Notes under the pieces: generated by a model | Seen by the model: only the letters and a program-made list of their open reading frames with translations | Told to the model about the DNA's origin: nothing | The model's database searches: none | Translations under genes and position numbers: made by a program | Assembly: GCA_015059285.1 (NCBI GenBank) | Contig: SVAS01000001.1 | Location: 68,217-132,216, forward strand | Length of the DNA stretch: 64,000 nucleotides | Origin: Bacillota bacterium | GTDB lineage: Bacteria > Bacillota_I > Bacilli_A > RF39 > UBA660 | Direction: 5' to 3' | In this document: positions 39,401-49,371 of the stretch, in pieces | Layout: each line of letters opens with the position of its first letter | Numbering within the stretch: the stretch's first letter is position 1

Positions 39401-39595
39401 GACTTTGATATTGTTGATCGTATAAACATTTACTATCAAGGAAATGAAGATTTTGAAAAAACACTAAATAAATACGTAGATTATATTAAAAATGAAACAT
39501 TAGCTATTGAAATCGTATCTAAAGAGGGATTAACTAATAAATTTGATTTAAATGGCTTAGAAGTTTACTTAGATGTTGAGAAAAATAATCAATAA
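36494..39595 (+). CDS. ileS: isoleucyl-tRNA synthetase, type 2 (eukaryote-like) form
   Basis: FANGFPGLHH HIGH region and KMSKS motif, 1033 aa; the N-terminal signature resembles type 2 IleRS rather than the Bacillus type 1 form. Confidence 0.9.
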   Translation: MKKFEELDKRQVSEVEDSISQSWESINAMHDAQVKKNENNETFVFYDGPAFANGFPGLHHMVSKNLKDCVTKYHVMNGKKVIRKIGWDTHGLPIENHVEKKLGISSKKEIEALGVEKFNEECRKSVRANEDAFTDLTSKMGQFFDVEDPYLTYKNEYIETEWWILKQMFERNMFYEGTRVVPYCPHCGTGLATHEVAQNYQTDTALTVYVPFKLKDKDEYFLVWTTTPWTLIANVALCVNPDEEYIKVESQGYKFILASSLAHKVLGEEYEVLETYKGKDLEYTEYEQLIPSFEVDKKAFFVTCDTYVTMEDGTGIVHIAPAFGEDDANVGKNYDLPYLNPVGKDGCYVGGMWDGKFVHDVNEEVVNYLKENDKLFKRQKVAHEYPHCWRCDTPLLYYSMPSYYIRVSEMTDKLVEANSKVNWYPAYVGEKRFANWLANARDWNVSRSRYWGSPIPYWKCDCGHNHMVGSIAELKEMAIEKIDDDFDLHKPYIDNVHLRCEKCGKEMTRIPDVLDCWFDSGAMPFAQYHYPFENQELWDEQFPADFICEGIDQTRGWFYTLMVISTFVKGCSPFKNVLVNDLLLDAEGKKMSKSRGNIVEPFTTIKEYGADTVRFYLPYVSPVWTPLKFDMEGLKEVYSKFFNPLKNTYSFFAMYANIDNIDTNECQVKYEDREEIDLWLLSKYNKLVKNVRDSFDEYDLNKVVHYLSSFVSEDLSNWYIRRNRNRFWGSELNTSKKSVYITTYEVLVGLSKLIAPITPFISEELYRKLTGEESVHLSDYSTCNDSLINEHIEAKMDLVRNLISIGRYVREETKIKVRQPISEALLDGKNKELISDLVSLIEEELNIKKVMFVDDLNEYMNLSVKPNFKVVGKLFGSLIKEFQSKLENLTEQEITSLQKGDSITMNIGDETKEITSDMIEIRISSKEGFNVGMENNNFIILNTELSEELIMEGIAREMISKVQQLRKNNDFDIVDRINIYYQGNEDFEKTLNKYVDYIKNETLAIEIVSKEGLTNKFDLNGLEVYLDVEKNNQ

Positions 39596-39597
39596 TT

Positions 39598-39628
39598 TAA
39601 AACGCTCTCATTTTAGAGCGTTTTTTGT
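39598..39628 (+). terminator. ileS terminator
   Basis: aaacgctctcattttagagcgtttttt. Confidence 0.8.
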
Positions 39629-39685
39629 TTGCTATTAACTACAAATAAATTAACTAATATCATATGATATTGTAGAGGTGATAAA

Positions 39686-40021
39686 GTGTTAGATATTAAT
39701 TTAATTAAAAATATATTAATTGTATCAATTGCTACAAGTATTATTACAACCGCATTTGTACAAAAAGTAAAAGAAACTATTAAATTTAAAAAAAGTAATC
39801 GTTTAGTATTTGTTTCTTTTATTGTTTCTATGATTTTAGGTCCATTATTTTCTCTTTCTTTTAGTAATGTCAGTATAATCAATTCTTTATGGGTTGGTTT
39901 GATTTCATTTTTAGGTGCTGATATGCTTTATAAAATGTTTGAAGAAAAAGTTTTTACTCCTTTCAGCAAGATCTATGAAGATGGTACCATTGAAATTCCT
40001 AAAGAAAATGAAATTAGGTGA
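39686..40021 (+). CDS. phage-type holin
   Basis: 111 aa, 2-3 TM helices, charged C-terminus, directly upstream of a peptidoglycan hydrolase. Confidence 0.6.
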   Translation: MLDINLIKNILIVSIATSIITTAFVQKVKETIKFKKSNRLVFVSFIVSMILGPLFSLSFSNVSIINSLWVGLISFLGADMLYKMFEEKVFTPFSKIYEDGTIEIPKENEIR

Positions 40022-40024
40022 TTT

Positions 40025-40867
40025 ATGGCAACAAAATGTAGAATTTTAAAAGGTGGTTATTGTGAAATCACACAATATTATGGTGGAGAAAATAATCATT
40101 TGGGAATTGATATAGTTGGGAAAAATTATACTATTGATACTGTACTTGCTCATACTTCTGGAACAGTAGTTTTAATTCAAACAGGTCAAGTAAATAATCA
40201 AGGCTCAACAGGGAATGCTAGTTATGGTAATTTTGTAAAAATAAATCATGGTAATGGATATTATACATTGTATGCCCATTTGAATAATGTAAGTGTAAAA
40301 ATAGGAGATAAAGTAAAAATTGGTCAAGAATTAGGTGAAATGGGTAATACTGGTAATAGTTATGGGTCGCACACTCATTTTGAAGTTTTTAAAAATAATG
40401 TTAGAGTAAATCCTTTGGAATATTTAGATAAAGATTTGTTTAATAGTGTTACTGAAAGTGTTACTAGAGATGAAAATAAAAACCAATTGAGAGTTAATGT
40501 TGATAATCTAAGAGTGAGAAAAGAAGCGTCTATTAATTCTGAAATTATTGGAGCTGCTAAACAAAATGCCATTTATAACTTTTATGAAAAAGTAAATAAA
40601 GATGGTTACACATGGTATCGTATTGATGATAACGAGTGGGTTGCTAATAAAGATAATTGGCTTACAATTTATGACATAAATAGTAATAGTGATAATAATG
40701 AAATCCAAATATTAAAAGATAAAATTACTTTATTAGAAAAAGAAAATCAACAATTAAAAGAAATGAATAATCAGTTCAATACTTTTGTAGCAAGTAAAAC
40801 AGATTTTTATTATATAAAACTGAGTGAGAATGAAAAATTAATATATAAAAGAATTTCTGAGGAATAA
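40025..40867 (+). CDS. M23 peptidase (lysostaphin-like) with SH3b-like domain; endolysin-type
   Basis: HLGIDI...HxH zinc motif (YGSHTHFEV), C-terminal GYTWYRIDDNEWVANKDNWL SH3b pattern, coiled-coil tail. Confidence 0.8.
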   Translation: MATKCRILKGGYCEITQYYGGENNHLGIDIVGKNYTIDTVLAHTSGTVVLIQTGQVNNQGSTGNASYGNFVKINHGNGYYTLYAHLNNVSVKIGDKVKIGQELGEMGNTGNSYGSHTHFEVFKNNVRVNPLEYLDKDLFNSVTESVTRDENKNQLRVNVDNLRVRKEASINSEIIGAAKQNAIYNFYEKVNKDGYTWYRIDDNEWVANKDNWLTIYDINSNSDNNEIQILKDKITLLEKENQQLKEMNNQFNTFVASKTDFYYIKLSENEKLIYKRISEE

Positions 40868-41006
40868 CAAATTTTATTGATTTGTTATTCCTTTTTTTAT
40901 AAAACCAAAAAATTGTAATAAATAAACTAAAAAAATAAATATATTTTAAGATCTGTTTTTAATATTTTGTCATTAGCTTTAATCTTTTACATTTGCTATA
41001 ATTCAT

Positions 41007-41902
41007 GTGATTTATATGAAAGGAGTATATATGAAAAATAAAATTACCATTAAGATTAATGTAAAAGATAATTTGATAGGTATTATGAGAATTAATAATA
41101 AGGATTATATTTCTTTAACAGATTTGGCTAGATACAAAAACAAGTTAAATCCAGGAGATGTTATAATTAAATGGATGAGCAATAAAAATTCTTTTGATTT
41201 CTATTGTTTATGGGAATAGTTATTTAATGAAGATTTTAAACTAGCGGAATCTCGCGAGTTTAAAAATGATTCCGCAAATCAGGCTTTTACAATGATCCCG
41301 TCAAGGTGGATTAATATGACAAATGCAAAAGGTTTTGTAAGTAAAAGAGAAAAATATGATGGGGGGTACTTTTGCACATCCGGATATTGCTCTTGAATTT
41401 GCTTCTTGGCTTGATCCTGCCTTTAAACTGTATTTGATACAAGAGTTTGAAAGACTAAAATACAATGAAAATTACCAGGAACAAATTGAATGGTCTGTAA
41501 GAAGAAGTTTATCTAAAACAAATTTATAAAATTCATGTAAATAGTATTAAAGAGAATATAGTACCAGAATTAACTGAAAGTCAAAAGAATTTTATTTACG
41601 CTAGTGAGGCAGATATTATAAATGTCGCACTTTTTGGTATGACAGCTAAAGAATGGAGAGAACATAATCCTAATTTGGAGGGTAATATTAGAGATTATAT
41701 TGACATATTACATTTAGTTGTACTTAGTAATTTGGAAGTTTTAAATGCTAGTATGATAGAAAATAATATAAGCCAAAAGGAAAGATTAGAAAAATTAAAT
41801 AGCACAGCAAAAAAACAATTGAAAATTCTTATTAATGATAAAAATATTATGGGAATAGAAAAATATTATAACAAACCAAATGTAATAGGGAATAAAAAGT
41901 AG
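41007..41902 (+). pseudogene. degraded phage antirepressor (KilA-N N-terminal plus Bro/KilAC C-terminal), split into about 4 frames
   Basis: ISLTDLARYKN...FYCLWE then TAG at 41217; GGTFAHPDIALEFASWLDPAFKLYL becomes readable only after a +1 shift at the G6 run at 41361-41366; the C-terminal part ...IYASEADIINVALFGMTAKEWREHNPNLEGNIRDY is again in another frame. Confidence 0.75.
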
Positions 41903-41904
41903 TA

Positions 41905-41935
41905 CAAGTATTATTTTCAAACAAAAAAACTGCTA
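41905..41935 (-). terminator. rpmB terminator
   Basis: minus-strand agctgcttaatagcag hairpin plus T-run. Confidence 0.55.
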
Positions 41936-42118
41936 TTAAGCAGCTATTTGATTTTGTTTTTTCATTGTTCTTAAATCTCTTGCAGTAACTACAACTTTAG
42001 TACCATCTACTAAAGTAACTTTTTGATAGTTTGGTTTTTGTGCATGTCTTGTAGCATTACAAGCATGACTTCTTCTATTTCCAAATAATGGAGTTTTATT
42101 TGTCATTTTTTTAGCCAT
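41936..42118 (-). CDS. rpmB: 50S ribosomal protein L28
   Basis: 60 aa, GNRRSHACNATRH motif. Confidence 0.85.
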   Translation of the reverse strand: MAKKMTNKTPLFGNRRSHACNATRHAQKPNYQKVTLVDGTKVVVTARDLRTMKKQNQIAA

Positions 42119-42248
42119 AATCCATTTCCTCCTTTAATACTAGTATATTTCCTTGCTTTATAACTTTATCATATTATTTAAAATAAGTCAATTTTTTTCT
42201 TTGAAAAACCATTATTTTATAGTAAAATTATATTAGGGAGGCGAAACT

Positions 42249-45161
42249 ATGTACACACCACTTTATATTAAAACGAATAATTCATTACTTACTAGTATGA
42301 TAAAAATAGATGAACTAGTTAGTTTCGCTAAAACAAATAATATTAAATCTTTAACTATAACTGATAATACGATGTATGGGGTTATGGAATTTTATAAAGT
42401 TTGTAAAAAAGAAAATATTAAACCAATTATTGGTTTAGAAGTAGAATTAGATACTACTATTGTATTATACGCTAAAGATTATGATGGTTATAAAAATTTA
42501 ATTAAACTATCTACACTACAATCTGAAAGAACTTTAACTTTAAATGATTTGAATAATTATAGCAGTAATTTAATTTGTATTGTCCCATATGATAGTTTGA
42601 GTCTATATAATGATTTAAATAAAATATATGTTGATATATTTAAAGGATATTCTAATAAAACAGAACGAAATAATTTAGATGGAGATAATTTAGTATACAT
42701 TAAACCAATTTATTATTTAGAACCATCTGAAGAAGAATATATTAGATATTTATTAGCAATTAAAAAAGGGGTTACTGTTGATAATATTATTATGAATGAA
42801 AATAATAACTTTTTAGTTTTAGAAAATGTTATTGACAAATACTTTCATGAAGATATGCAAAATAATAAAAAAATTACTGATATGTGTAATGTTGAAATAG
42901 TTTATCAGCCAGATTTACTTCCAATTTATGATACACCCAATAATATGGATAGTTATTCTTATTTAAAGGAACTTTGTAAAGAAGGATTAAGACGTTTATT
43001 TGGTAGTACAGTTCCTAGAGTTTATGTTGAACGTTTAAAATATGAATTAGAAATTATTAATAAGATGGGATTTTGTAATTATTTCTTAGTTGTTTCTGAT
43101 TTTGTAAGCTATGCTAAAGATAATAATATTTTAGTAGGTCCAGGAAGAGGCAGTGCGGCTGGCTCTCTAGTTTCATATCTTTTAAATATTACAACAATTG
43201 ATCCTATAAAATATAATTTATTATTTGAAAGGTTTTTAAATCCTGAACGTGTTACTATGCCAGATATTGATATAGATTTTGAAGATATATATCGTGATAA
43301 AGTTATTGATTATTGTATTAAGAAATATGGCATTAAAAAAGTTGTTCCGATTATTGCCTTTGGTACACTTGGTAGTAAGCAAGCTATTCGCGATGTTGGA
43401 AGAGCTATGGATATTGATTTAAAAACTGTTGATAATATATGTAAATTAATTGATTCTAAATTATCTTTAAGTGAAAACTATAATAATCCAAAATTAAAAC
43501 AATTATTAAATAGATCTGATGAGCTTAAAAAAATGTATGATATTGCTTTAAAATTTGAAGGATTAAAAAGACATACAACTATTCATGCTGCAGGTATTGT
43601 TATGTCTAATAAAGATATAGATGAAATTATTCCACTTGATAAAAATCATGATAATTTTTATACAACAGCTTATTCTATGGATTATTTAGAAGAATTGGGT
43701 CTTTTAAAAATGGACTTTTTGGCTATTCGTAATCTTACGATAATAAATAATATTCTTAAAGAAATAGATAGTGGAATTACTTTTGATAATATTCCTGAAA
43801 ATGATAAACTTGCACTTGATATATTTACAAATGTTGATACTTTGGGAATATTCCAATTTGAATCAGCTGGTATGATGAACTTTCTTTCTAAATTTAAACC
43901 TAATACTTTTGAAGATATATTTGCAGCTTTAGCGTTATTCCGTCCAGGACCTATGCAAAATATTGACTCTTATATAAAAAGAAAACAAGGAAAAGAAAAA
44001 ATAGATTATATAGATCCGTCGTTAATGAATATCTTAAAACCAACTTATGGTATTATTGTATATCAAGAACAAATTATGCAAATTGCGAATATTATGGCTT
44101 CTTATTCGTTAGGAGAAGCAGATATTTTAAGAAGAGCTATGAGTAAGAAAAAAGCAGATGTTTTGATTAAAGAAAAAGAAAAGTTTGTAAGTCGTAGTAT
44201 AAAAAATGGTTATAGCGAAGATGTGGCTATCAAAGTTTATGAATTGATTTTAAAATTTGCTTCATATGGCTTTAATAGATCTCACTCTGTAGCGTATGCT
44301 TTCGTTGCTTATAAAATGGCTTACTTAAAAGCACATTATCCTCTAATATTCATGAAAAATTTATTATCTAACTTTTTAAATAATGAAAGTAAAACTAGAG
44401 AGTATATATATGAATGTAAATTAAAAAATATTAATGTTTTAAAACCAGATATTAATTATAGTATGTCTTATTATAATATTGAAAATGATAGTATTAGATA
44501 TCCTTTAACAGGAATAAAAGGGATAGGAGAATCTTTAGTAAAACAAATAACAGAAGAAAGATTAAAAGGAAGTTTTAAAGATATATATGATTTCTTTGCT
44601 AGAACATATAAAATAGTTAATAAAAAAATAGTTGAAAACTTAGTATATGCTGGTTGTTTTGATAGCCTAAATATAAATAAAAAAACTATAATAGAGAACA
44701 TGGATGTTTTAATTAATTATGCTGAACTAGCATCTTTCTTAGATACAGAATATGCTTTGAAACCAGAATTAGTAAATTATCAAGAATATTCTAAAAAAGA
44801 ATTAATGGCACAAGAATTAAATGTTTTTGGTTTTTATTTAAGTAATCATCCAGTAACTGAATATAAATTAAAAAATAATAATATTATGCATTTAAATGAA
44901 ATAGACAAATACTTTGATAAATTTATGAATACTGTAATCTTAGTAGATAAAATAAGAGAAGTTAATACTAAAAATAATAGTAAAATGTTATTTATCAGTG
45001 GTAGTGATGAATTAACCACTATTGATTTAGTATTATTTCCAAAAGTTTACGAAAAATATAATAATATAGAAAAAGGTATGGTTTTATTAATTAATGGTAA
45101 AGTAGAAAAAAGATTTGATAAATATCAAATAGTTGTAAACGATATAAAAATATTGAATTAA
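42249..45161 (+). CDS. dnaE: DNA polymerase III alpha subunit (DnaE type, 970 aa)
   Basis: N-terminal PHP domain, palm motifs (GPGRGSAAGS, MPDIDIDF), OB fold. Confidence 0.9.
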   Translation: MYTPLYIKTNNSLLTSMIKIDELVSFAKTNNIKSLTITDNTMYGVMEFYKVCKKENIKPIIGLEVELDTTIVLYAKDYDGYKNLIKLSTLQSERTLTLNDLNNYSSNLICIVPYDSLSLYNDLNKIYVDIFKGYSNKTERNNLDGDNLVYIKPIYYLEPSEEEYIRYLLAIKKGVTVDNIIMNENNNFLVLENVIDKYFHEDMQNNKKITDMCNVEIVYQPDLLPIYDTPNNMDSYSYLKELCKEGLRRLFGSTVPRVYVERLKYELEIINKMGFCNYFLVVSDFVSYAKDNNILVGPGRGSAAGSLVSYLLNITTIDPIKYNLLFERFLNPERVTMPDIDIDFEDIYRDKVIDYCIKKYGIKKVVPIIAFGTLGSKQAIRDVGRAMDIDLKTVDNICKLIDSKLSLSENYNNPKLKQLLNRSDELKKMYDIALKFEGLKRHTTIHAAGIVMSNKDIDEIIPLDKNHDNFYTTAYSMDYLEELGLLKMDFLAIRNLTIINNILKEIDSGITFDNIPENDKLALDIFTNVDTLGIFQFESAGMMNFLSKFKPNTFEDIFAALALFRPGPMQNIDSYIKRKQGKEKIDYIDPSLMNILKPTYGIIVYQEQIMQIANIMASYSLGEADILRRAMSKKKADVLIKEKEKFVSRSIKNGYSEDVAIKVYELILKFASYGFNRSHSVAYAFVAYKMAYLKAHYPLIFMKNLLSNFLNNESKTREYIYECKLKNINVLKPDINYSMSYYNIENDSIRYPLTGIKGIGESLVKQITEERLKGSFKDIYDFFARTYKIVNKKIVENLVYAGCFDSLNINKKTIIENMDVLINYAELASFLDTEYALKPELVNYQEYSKKELMAQELNVFGFYLSNHPVTEYKLKNNNIMHLNEIDKYFDKFMNTVILVDKIREVNTKNNSKMLFISGSDELTTIDLVLFPKVYEKYNNIEKGMVLLINGKVEKRFDKYQIVVNDIKILN

Positions 45162-45175
45162 TAAAAGGAGAGTTT

Positions 45176-45805
45176 ATGGCATCAGCAATCATACATATAG
45201 CAGTCGCAAATGAAGTTAATAAAAAATTAAAAAGAGATAGTTCTAAATTACTTATCGGTTCTATCGCACCTGATTTATCTAAATTAGTAGGTCAAAATAA
45301 AATAGCTTCTCACTTTTTAGATAATGAAACAGATATTCCTAATATAGATTTATTTTTAAATAAGTATAAAAACTATTTAGATGATGATTTTGTTTTGGGA
45401 TATTATATTCACTTGTACACAGATTATTTATGGTTTAAATATTTTGTAACAGAAATAATAAATAATGATTATATTACTAAAAAAGATGGTACTATAGTTA
45501 AATTAAATGGAAATATGAAATGTCTTTATATTTATAATGATTATACTAATTTAAATATTCAGTTAATTGATAAATATAATTTAAATTTAAAAATATTTTA
45601 TAATGAAATTCCAACTTTAGAATATATTATTGAAGAAATACCAATGGAAAAATTAAATTTATTAATTAATCAAGCAGGTGTTATTATAGAAAATTCTAAA
45701 GAAAACAAAAACTTTATTTTTGATATTAAAAATGTAAGTAAATTTATTGAAACTTCTACAAAACTAATTTTAGCTGAAATAGAGAAAATTAATTCAAATA
45801 ATTGA
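45176..45805 (+). CDS. hypothetical protein (209 aa)
   Basis: ORF with GGAG RBS; no confident motif. Confidence 0.35.
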   Translation: MASAIIHIAVANEVNKKLKRDSSKLLIGSIAPDLSKLVGQNKIASHFLDNETDIPNIDLFLNKYKNYLDDDFVLGYYIHLYTDYLWFKYFVTEIINNDYITKKDGTIVKLNGNMKCLYIYNDYTNLNIQLIDKYNLNLKIFYNEIPTLEYIIEEIPMEKLNLLINQAGVIIENSKENKNFIFDIKNVSKFIETSTKLILAEIEKINSNN

Positions 45806-45867
45806 TAACTAAAAACTTGCACACAAATTTAGAATATATTATAATAAATGTATGAAAGGATGAATTT

Positions 45868-46410
45868 ATGGAAAATATATTAATGGAAGCAGAAATGAAG
45901 ATGGAAGCATCTATAGAAAATATGGAAAAAAGATTACTTAATATTAGAGCTGGTAGAGCAAATCCAGCTATATTAGATAGTGTAATGGTTACTTATTATG
46001 GAGCACCAACACCACTTAAACAACTTGCTACTATTTCTGTTCCTGAAGCACGTCAACTATCTATTAAACCTTTTGATCGTTCAACAATCAATGATATTGA
46101 AAAAGCTATTTTTGAAGCCAATATTGGTTTAACTCCAAATAATAATGGGGAAGTAATTATATTAAATATTCCTGCTCTTACTGAAGAAACAAGAAGAGAA
46201 TATGTTAAACAAGCAAAAGGAATTGCTGAAGAATGTAAAATAGCTTTAAGAAACATTCGTCAAGACAGTAATAACGATATTAAAAAACTTGAAGTTCCAG
46301 AAGATAACATTAAAAGTGGAATGGATGAAGTTCAAGAATTAATTAATAAATATAATAAAATAGTTGATGAAAAATTAAAAGTTAAAGAACAAGAATTAAT
46401 GACAGTATAA
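45868..46410 (+). CDS. frr: ribosome recycling factor
   Basis: RAGRANPAILD...VTYYGAPTPLKQLA matches Frr. Confidence 0.9.
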   Translation: MENILMEAEMKMEASIENMEKRLLNIRAGRANPAILDSVMVTYYGAPTPLKQLATISVPEARQLSIKPFDRSTINDIEKAIFEANIGLTPNNNGEVIILNIPALTEETRREYVKQAKGIAEECKIALRNIRQDSNNDIKKLEVPEDNIKSGMDEVQELINKYNKIVDEKLKVKEQELMTV

Positions 46411-46444
46411 GGGAGTAATCCCTTTTTTATGTAGGAGAGATTTT

Positions 46445-47101
46445 ATGAATAAATTAAAAATATGTTTATTTAGTATAGTTGCACTAATTATATGCATAAT
46501 AACTAGTATGTTTATTATAAATTTTTATGTAAAAGAAAGTACTAAAGATCAAATTAAAAATATTAATGAATTAAAAGATATTGAAGCTATTGTAGTACTG
46601 GGTGCTAGTATTAGAGAAGATGGTAGTTTAAGCCCTATGCTTAAAGATAGGCTAGTAACTTCAGTAGAAGCCTATAATTCTTCAATTTCTTCTAAAATTA
46701 TTATGAGTGGAGATCATACAACTAAGAATTATGATGAAGTAACAGCTATGAAAAATTATGCAATAGATAATGGTGTTTCTTCAGAAATTATTTATTTAGA
46801 CCATGCAGGAATTTCTACTTATGATAGTATATATCGTATGAAACATATTTTTAAATTAAAGAAAATTGCTATTGTAACTCAAGAATATCATTTGTATAGA
46901 GCTTTATATATAGCTAATAAATTAGGAATAGAGGCATATGGAATAGATGCTACTAAAGCTATATATAGCGGTCAAGGTTATCGTGATATTAGAGAAATTC
47001 TTGCTAGAAATAAAGATTTCATTAAAGTTTTATTTAAACCAAAATCCAAGTATTTAGGAGATCCTATTGATATAAATGCAAGCGGTGATTTAACTAATTA
47101 A
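46445..47101 (+). CDS. DUF218 (SanA/YdcF/ElyC-family) protein
   Basis: N-terminal TM helix, AIVVLGASIREDGSLSP...IIMSGDH DUF218 core. Confidence 0.7.
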   Translation: MNKLKICLFSIVALIICIITSMFIINFYVKESTKDQIKNINELKDIEAIVVLGASIREDGSLSPMLKDRLVTSVEAYNSSISSKIIMSGDHTTKNYDEVTAMKNYAIDNGVSSEIIYLDHAGISTYDSIYRMKHIFKLKKIAIVTQEYHLYRALYIANKLGIEAYGIDATKAIYSGQGYRDIREILARNKDFIKVLFKPKSKYLGDPIDINASGDLTN

Positions 47102-47133
47102 ATATATAATAGCGTAAGTTAGATATAAGTACT

Positions 47134-47165
47134 AAAAAACTTCTAGAATTTCTAGAAGTTTTTAT
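47134..47165. terminator. bidirectional terminator between convergent genes
   Basis: near-perfect palindrome aaaacttctagaatttctagaagtttt. Confidence 0.7.
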
Positions 47166-47178
47166 CTATTTAAAATAT

Positions 47179-48045
47179 TTAAGCCCTCTTTTTATTTTTT
47201 ACTTTTTCAAATACTACTATTAATATACATCCTATTATAAACATTAAAGTAGAAGATAATGTGTTTATTAAAGAGTAACCATTAGTAGGTAAGATAATAA
47301 TAGAACTCATTATTATTAAACCAATAATAAAACTCATAGTATTTTGTTTGAAATTTTTTAGTAAGTAGCTAGTTATTTTAGCACTTAATATAATTCCAAG
47401 GCCAACTCCAATTGCAATGAATACAAGTGGAATAAGAATATTTAATTCAAAAGTTGTTAAATTAGCTACATATCCTTTAAATAAATGATATTTACCTATA
47501 ACTAGTAAAACCATTGAACCAGAAATACCTGGAAAAATCATAGTAGCACCACTAATAGCTCCAATTCCAATTAATGATAAAAGATAAGTTAATCCTAATT
47601 TTGTATTAAGTAAAGTTTCTAATTTTACAATATTACCGCTTTCACCAGGATTTAAAAAAGCAATAATTCCAATTAGTAATATACCAAGTATAAAATAAAT
47701 TGGTTTAATTTTACTATTATCCATTTCCTGTTTTTTTAACATAGGTACACTAGCAATTATTAATCCTGCAAAGAAAAATAGTGTTTGCATTTCAAATTTA
47801 ACAAATAAGAATTCTAAAACTTTTGCAAATCCAACTAATCCAATCACTAGACCAATTCCTATTTGCATTAAAAATGTCAAACATTTTAATCTTTCTTTAA
47901 AACTAACTTTAATTTTAAATAAAGTTGAAATAGAGTTCATAACTTTATCAAATAAACCTAAAATGACAATAATAGTACCACCTGAAACCCCAGGAATTAT
48001 ATTTGCAATACCTATTAATATACCGCCTATTAAATTTTTAATCAT
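47179..48045 (-). CDS. polytopic membrane protein with duplicated PGxSGxxxxV motif (DUF368/UppP-like)
   Basis: 8 or more TM helices; internal repeat IPGVSGGTIIV / FPGISGSMVLLV. Confidence 0.5.
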   Translation of the reverse strand: MIKNLIGGILIGIANIIPGVSGGTIIVILGLFDKVMNSISTLFKIKVSFKERLKCLTFLMQIGIGLVIGLVGFAKVLEFLFVKFEMQTLFFFAGLIIASVPMLKKQEMDNSKIKPIYFILGILLIGIIAFLNPGESGNIVKLETLLNTKLGLTYLLSLIGIGAISGATMIFPGISGSMVLLVIGKYHLFKGYVANLTTFELNILIPLVFIAIGVGLGIILSAKITSYLLKNFKQNTMSFIIGLIIMSSIIILPTNGYSLINTLSSTLMFIIGCILIVVFEKVKNKKRA

Positions 48046-48193
48046 GATATCACCAATAAAATTATATCACATTTTAAACTAGTATTGTAAATTAAAATTA
48101 GATTATACAAATTGTTTACGGATAATAAAAGCGCATTCAAAAAAATATTTACTTTAAAAGGGGTAAATGCTATAATGAAACTAGAGGTGACTT

Positions 48194-49336
48194 ATGAAAA
48201 TACTTAAAAAAGATAATCAAGAACTTGACGTAAAAAAAATTAATGAAGTTGTTGGAGTGTCTAAAAGGATTCTTAAAATAGCTTATATTTTGTTTATTGT
48301 TTTAGCTATCTATGTTTTTATTAAGGTAAGCAAAGAACTAAATATAATGAATTTTTTAATAACACTTTTGAAAATAGTTTCACCACTATTTATTGGTATT
48401 GTTATAGCATGGCTATTTAATCCGATTGTTACATATTTACAAAAAAAAGGTATGAGAAGAGGTTTAGGAGCAACACTTTCATATTTTGCATTAGTTGGTT
48501 TATTAACTATTGTAATTTGGTCTATAGTGCCAACCTTATCTGAACAAATAAATGATTTTGCTGGTATGATACCACAATTATTCGATACTATAAAGGAGTG
48601 GATTGATACTATTTTTGAAGGATTAAATAATATTGAAAGTTTTGATGCTCTTGCTATCAAATCCGATTTATTTAAAGCCATTGAAGAATTTGGGGTTAAT
48701 TTAACTAATTCACTTCCAACGATGGTAGTTAATATTATTAGTTCATTGTTTTCAGGACTTGGTACAATTTTAATTGGGTTAGTGATAGGATTTTATTTAT
48801 TAATTAGTGTTGATGGAACTGATAATCTAATTAATTTATTACCTAAGAAGATGCAAGAGACAACTCGTGATTTATTAACTGAAATAGATGGTTCTTTTAG
48901 AAGTTTTGTTCAAGGGGCGCTTTTAGATTCAACATTCGTATTTATTATTACATCTATTGGATTTTCTTTAATAGGATTAAAAGCACCACTATTCTTTGGA
49001 CTTTTCTGTGGAATTACTAATGTTATTCCATATGCAGGACCTTATATAGGTGGGGCACCTGCTGTTATAGTAGGTTTTTCACAAGGAATTCCAACAGGAA
49101 TATTAACTTTAGTGGTAATTGTTTTAATTCAATTTTTAGAAGGTAATTTCTTACAACCTTTAATAATGAGTAAAACAACTAAATTACATCCTGTTACAAT
49201 CATGTTAGGTCTTTTAGTCTTTGGTTATTTCTGGGGAATTATTGGTATGGTTATTTCAACTCCAATAATTGCTGCTTCTAAAGCAATTTTGATGTTTTTA
49301 GACGAAAAATATGATATACTATCATTTAGTGATTAA
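48194..49336 (+). CDS. AI-2E family transporter (UPF0118/PerM)
   Basis: 8 TM topology and conserved Gly-rich C-terminal half typical of AI-2E. Confidence 0.7.
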   Translation: MKILKKDNQELDVKKINEVVGVSKRILKIAYILFIVLAIYVFIKVSKELNIMNFLITLLKIVSPLFIGIVIAWLFNPIVTYLQKKGMRRGLGATLSYFALVGLLTIVIWSIVPTLSEQINDFAGMIPQLFDTIKEWIDTIFEGLNNIESFDALAIKSDLFKAIEEFGVNLTNSLPTMVVNIISSLFSGLGTILIGLVIGFYLLISVDGTDNLINLLPKKMQETTRDLLTEIDGSFRSFVQGALLDSTFVFIITSIGFSLIGLKAPLFFGLFCGITNVIPYAGPYIGGAPAVIVGFSQGIPTGILTLVVIVLIQFLEGNFLQPLIMSKTTKLHPVTIMLGLLVFGYFWGIIGMVISTPIIAASKAILMFLDEKYDILSFSD

Positions 49337-49371
49337 AGCGATGAAGAAAGAAAGTAGAATAATTTGTTTTT

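Noticed and set aside
39613-39882. Minus-strand 89-aa ORF overlapping the holin gene
   Set aside because: No RBS. Overlaps the ileS terminator and the better-supported plus-strand holin.
48310-48681. Minus-strand 123-aa ORF inside the AI-2E transporter gene
   Set aside because: Antisense to a coherent 8-TM transporter. No signals.
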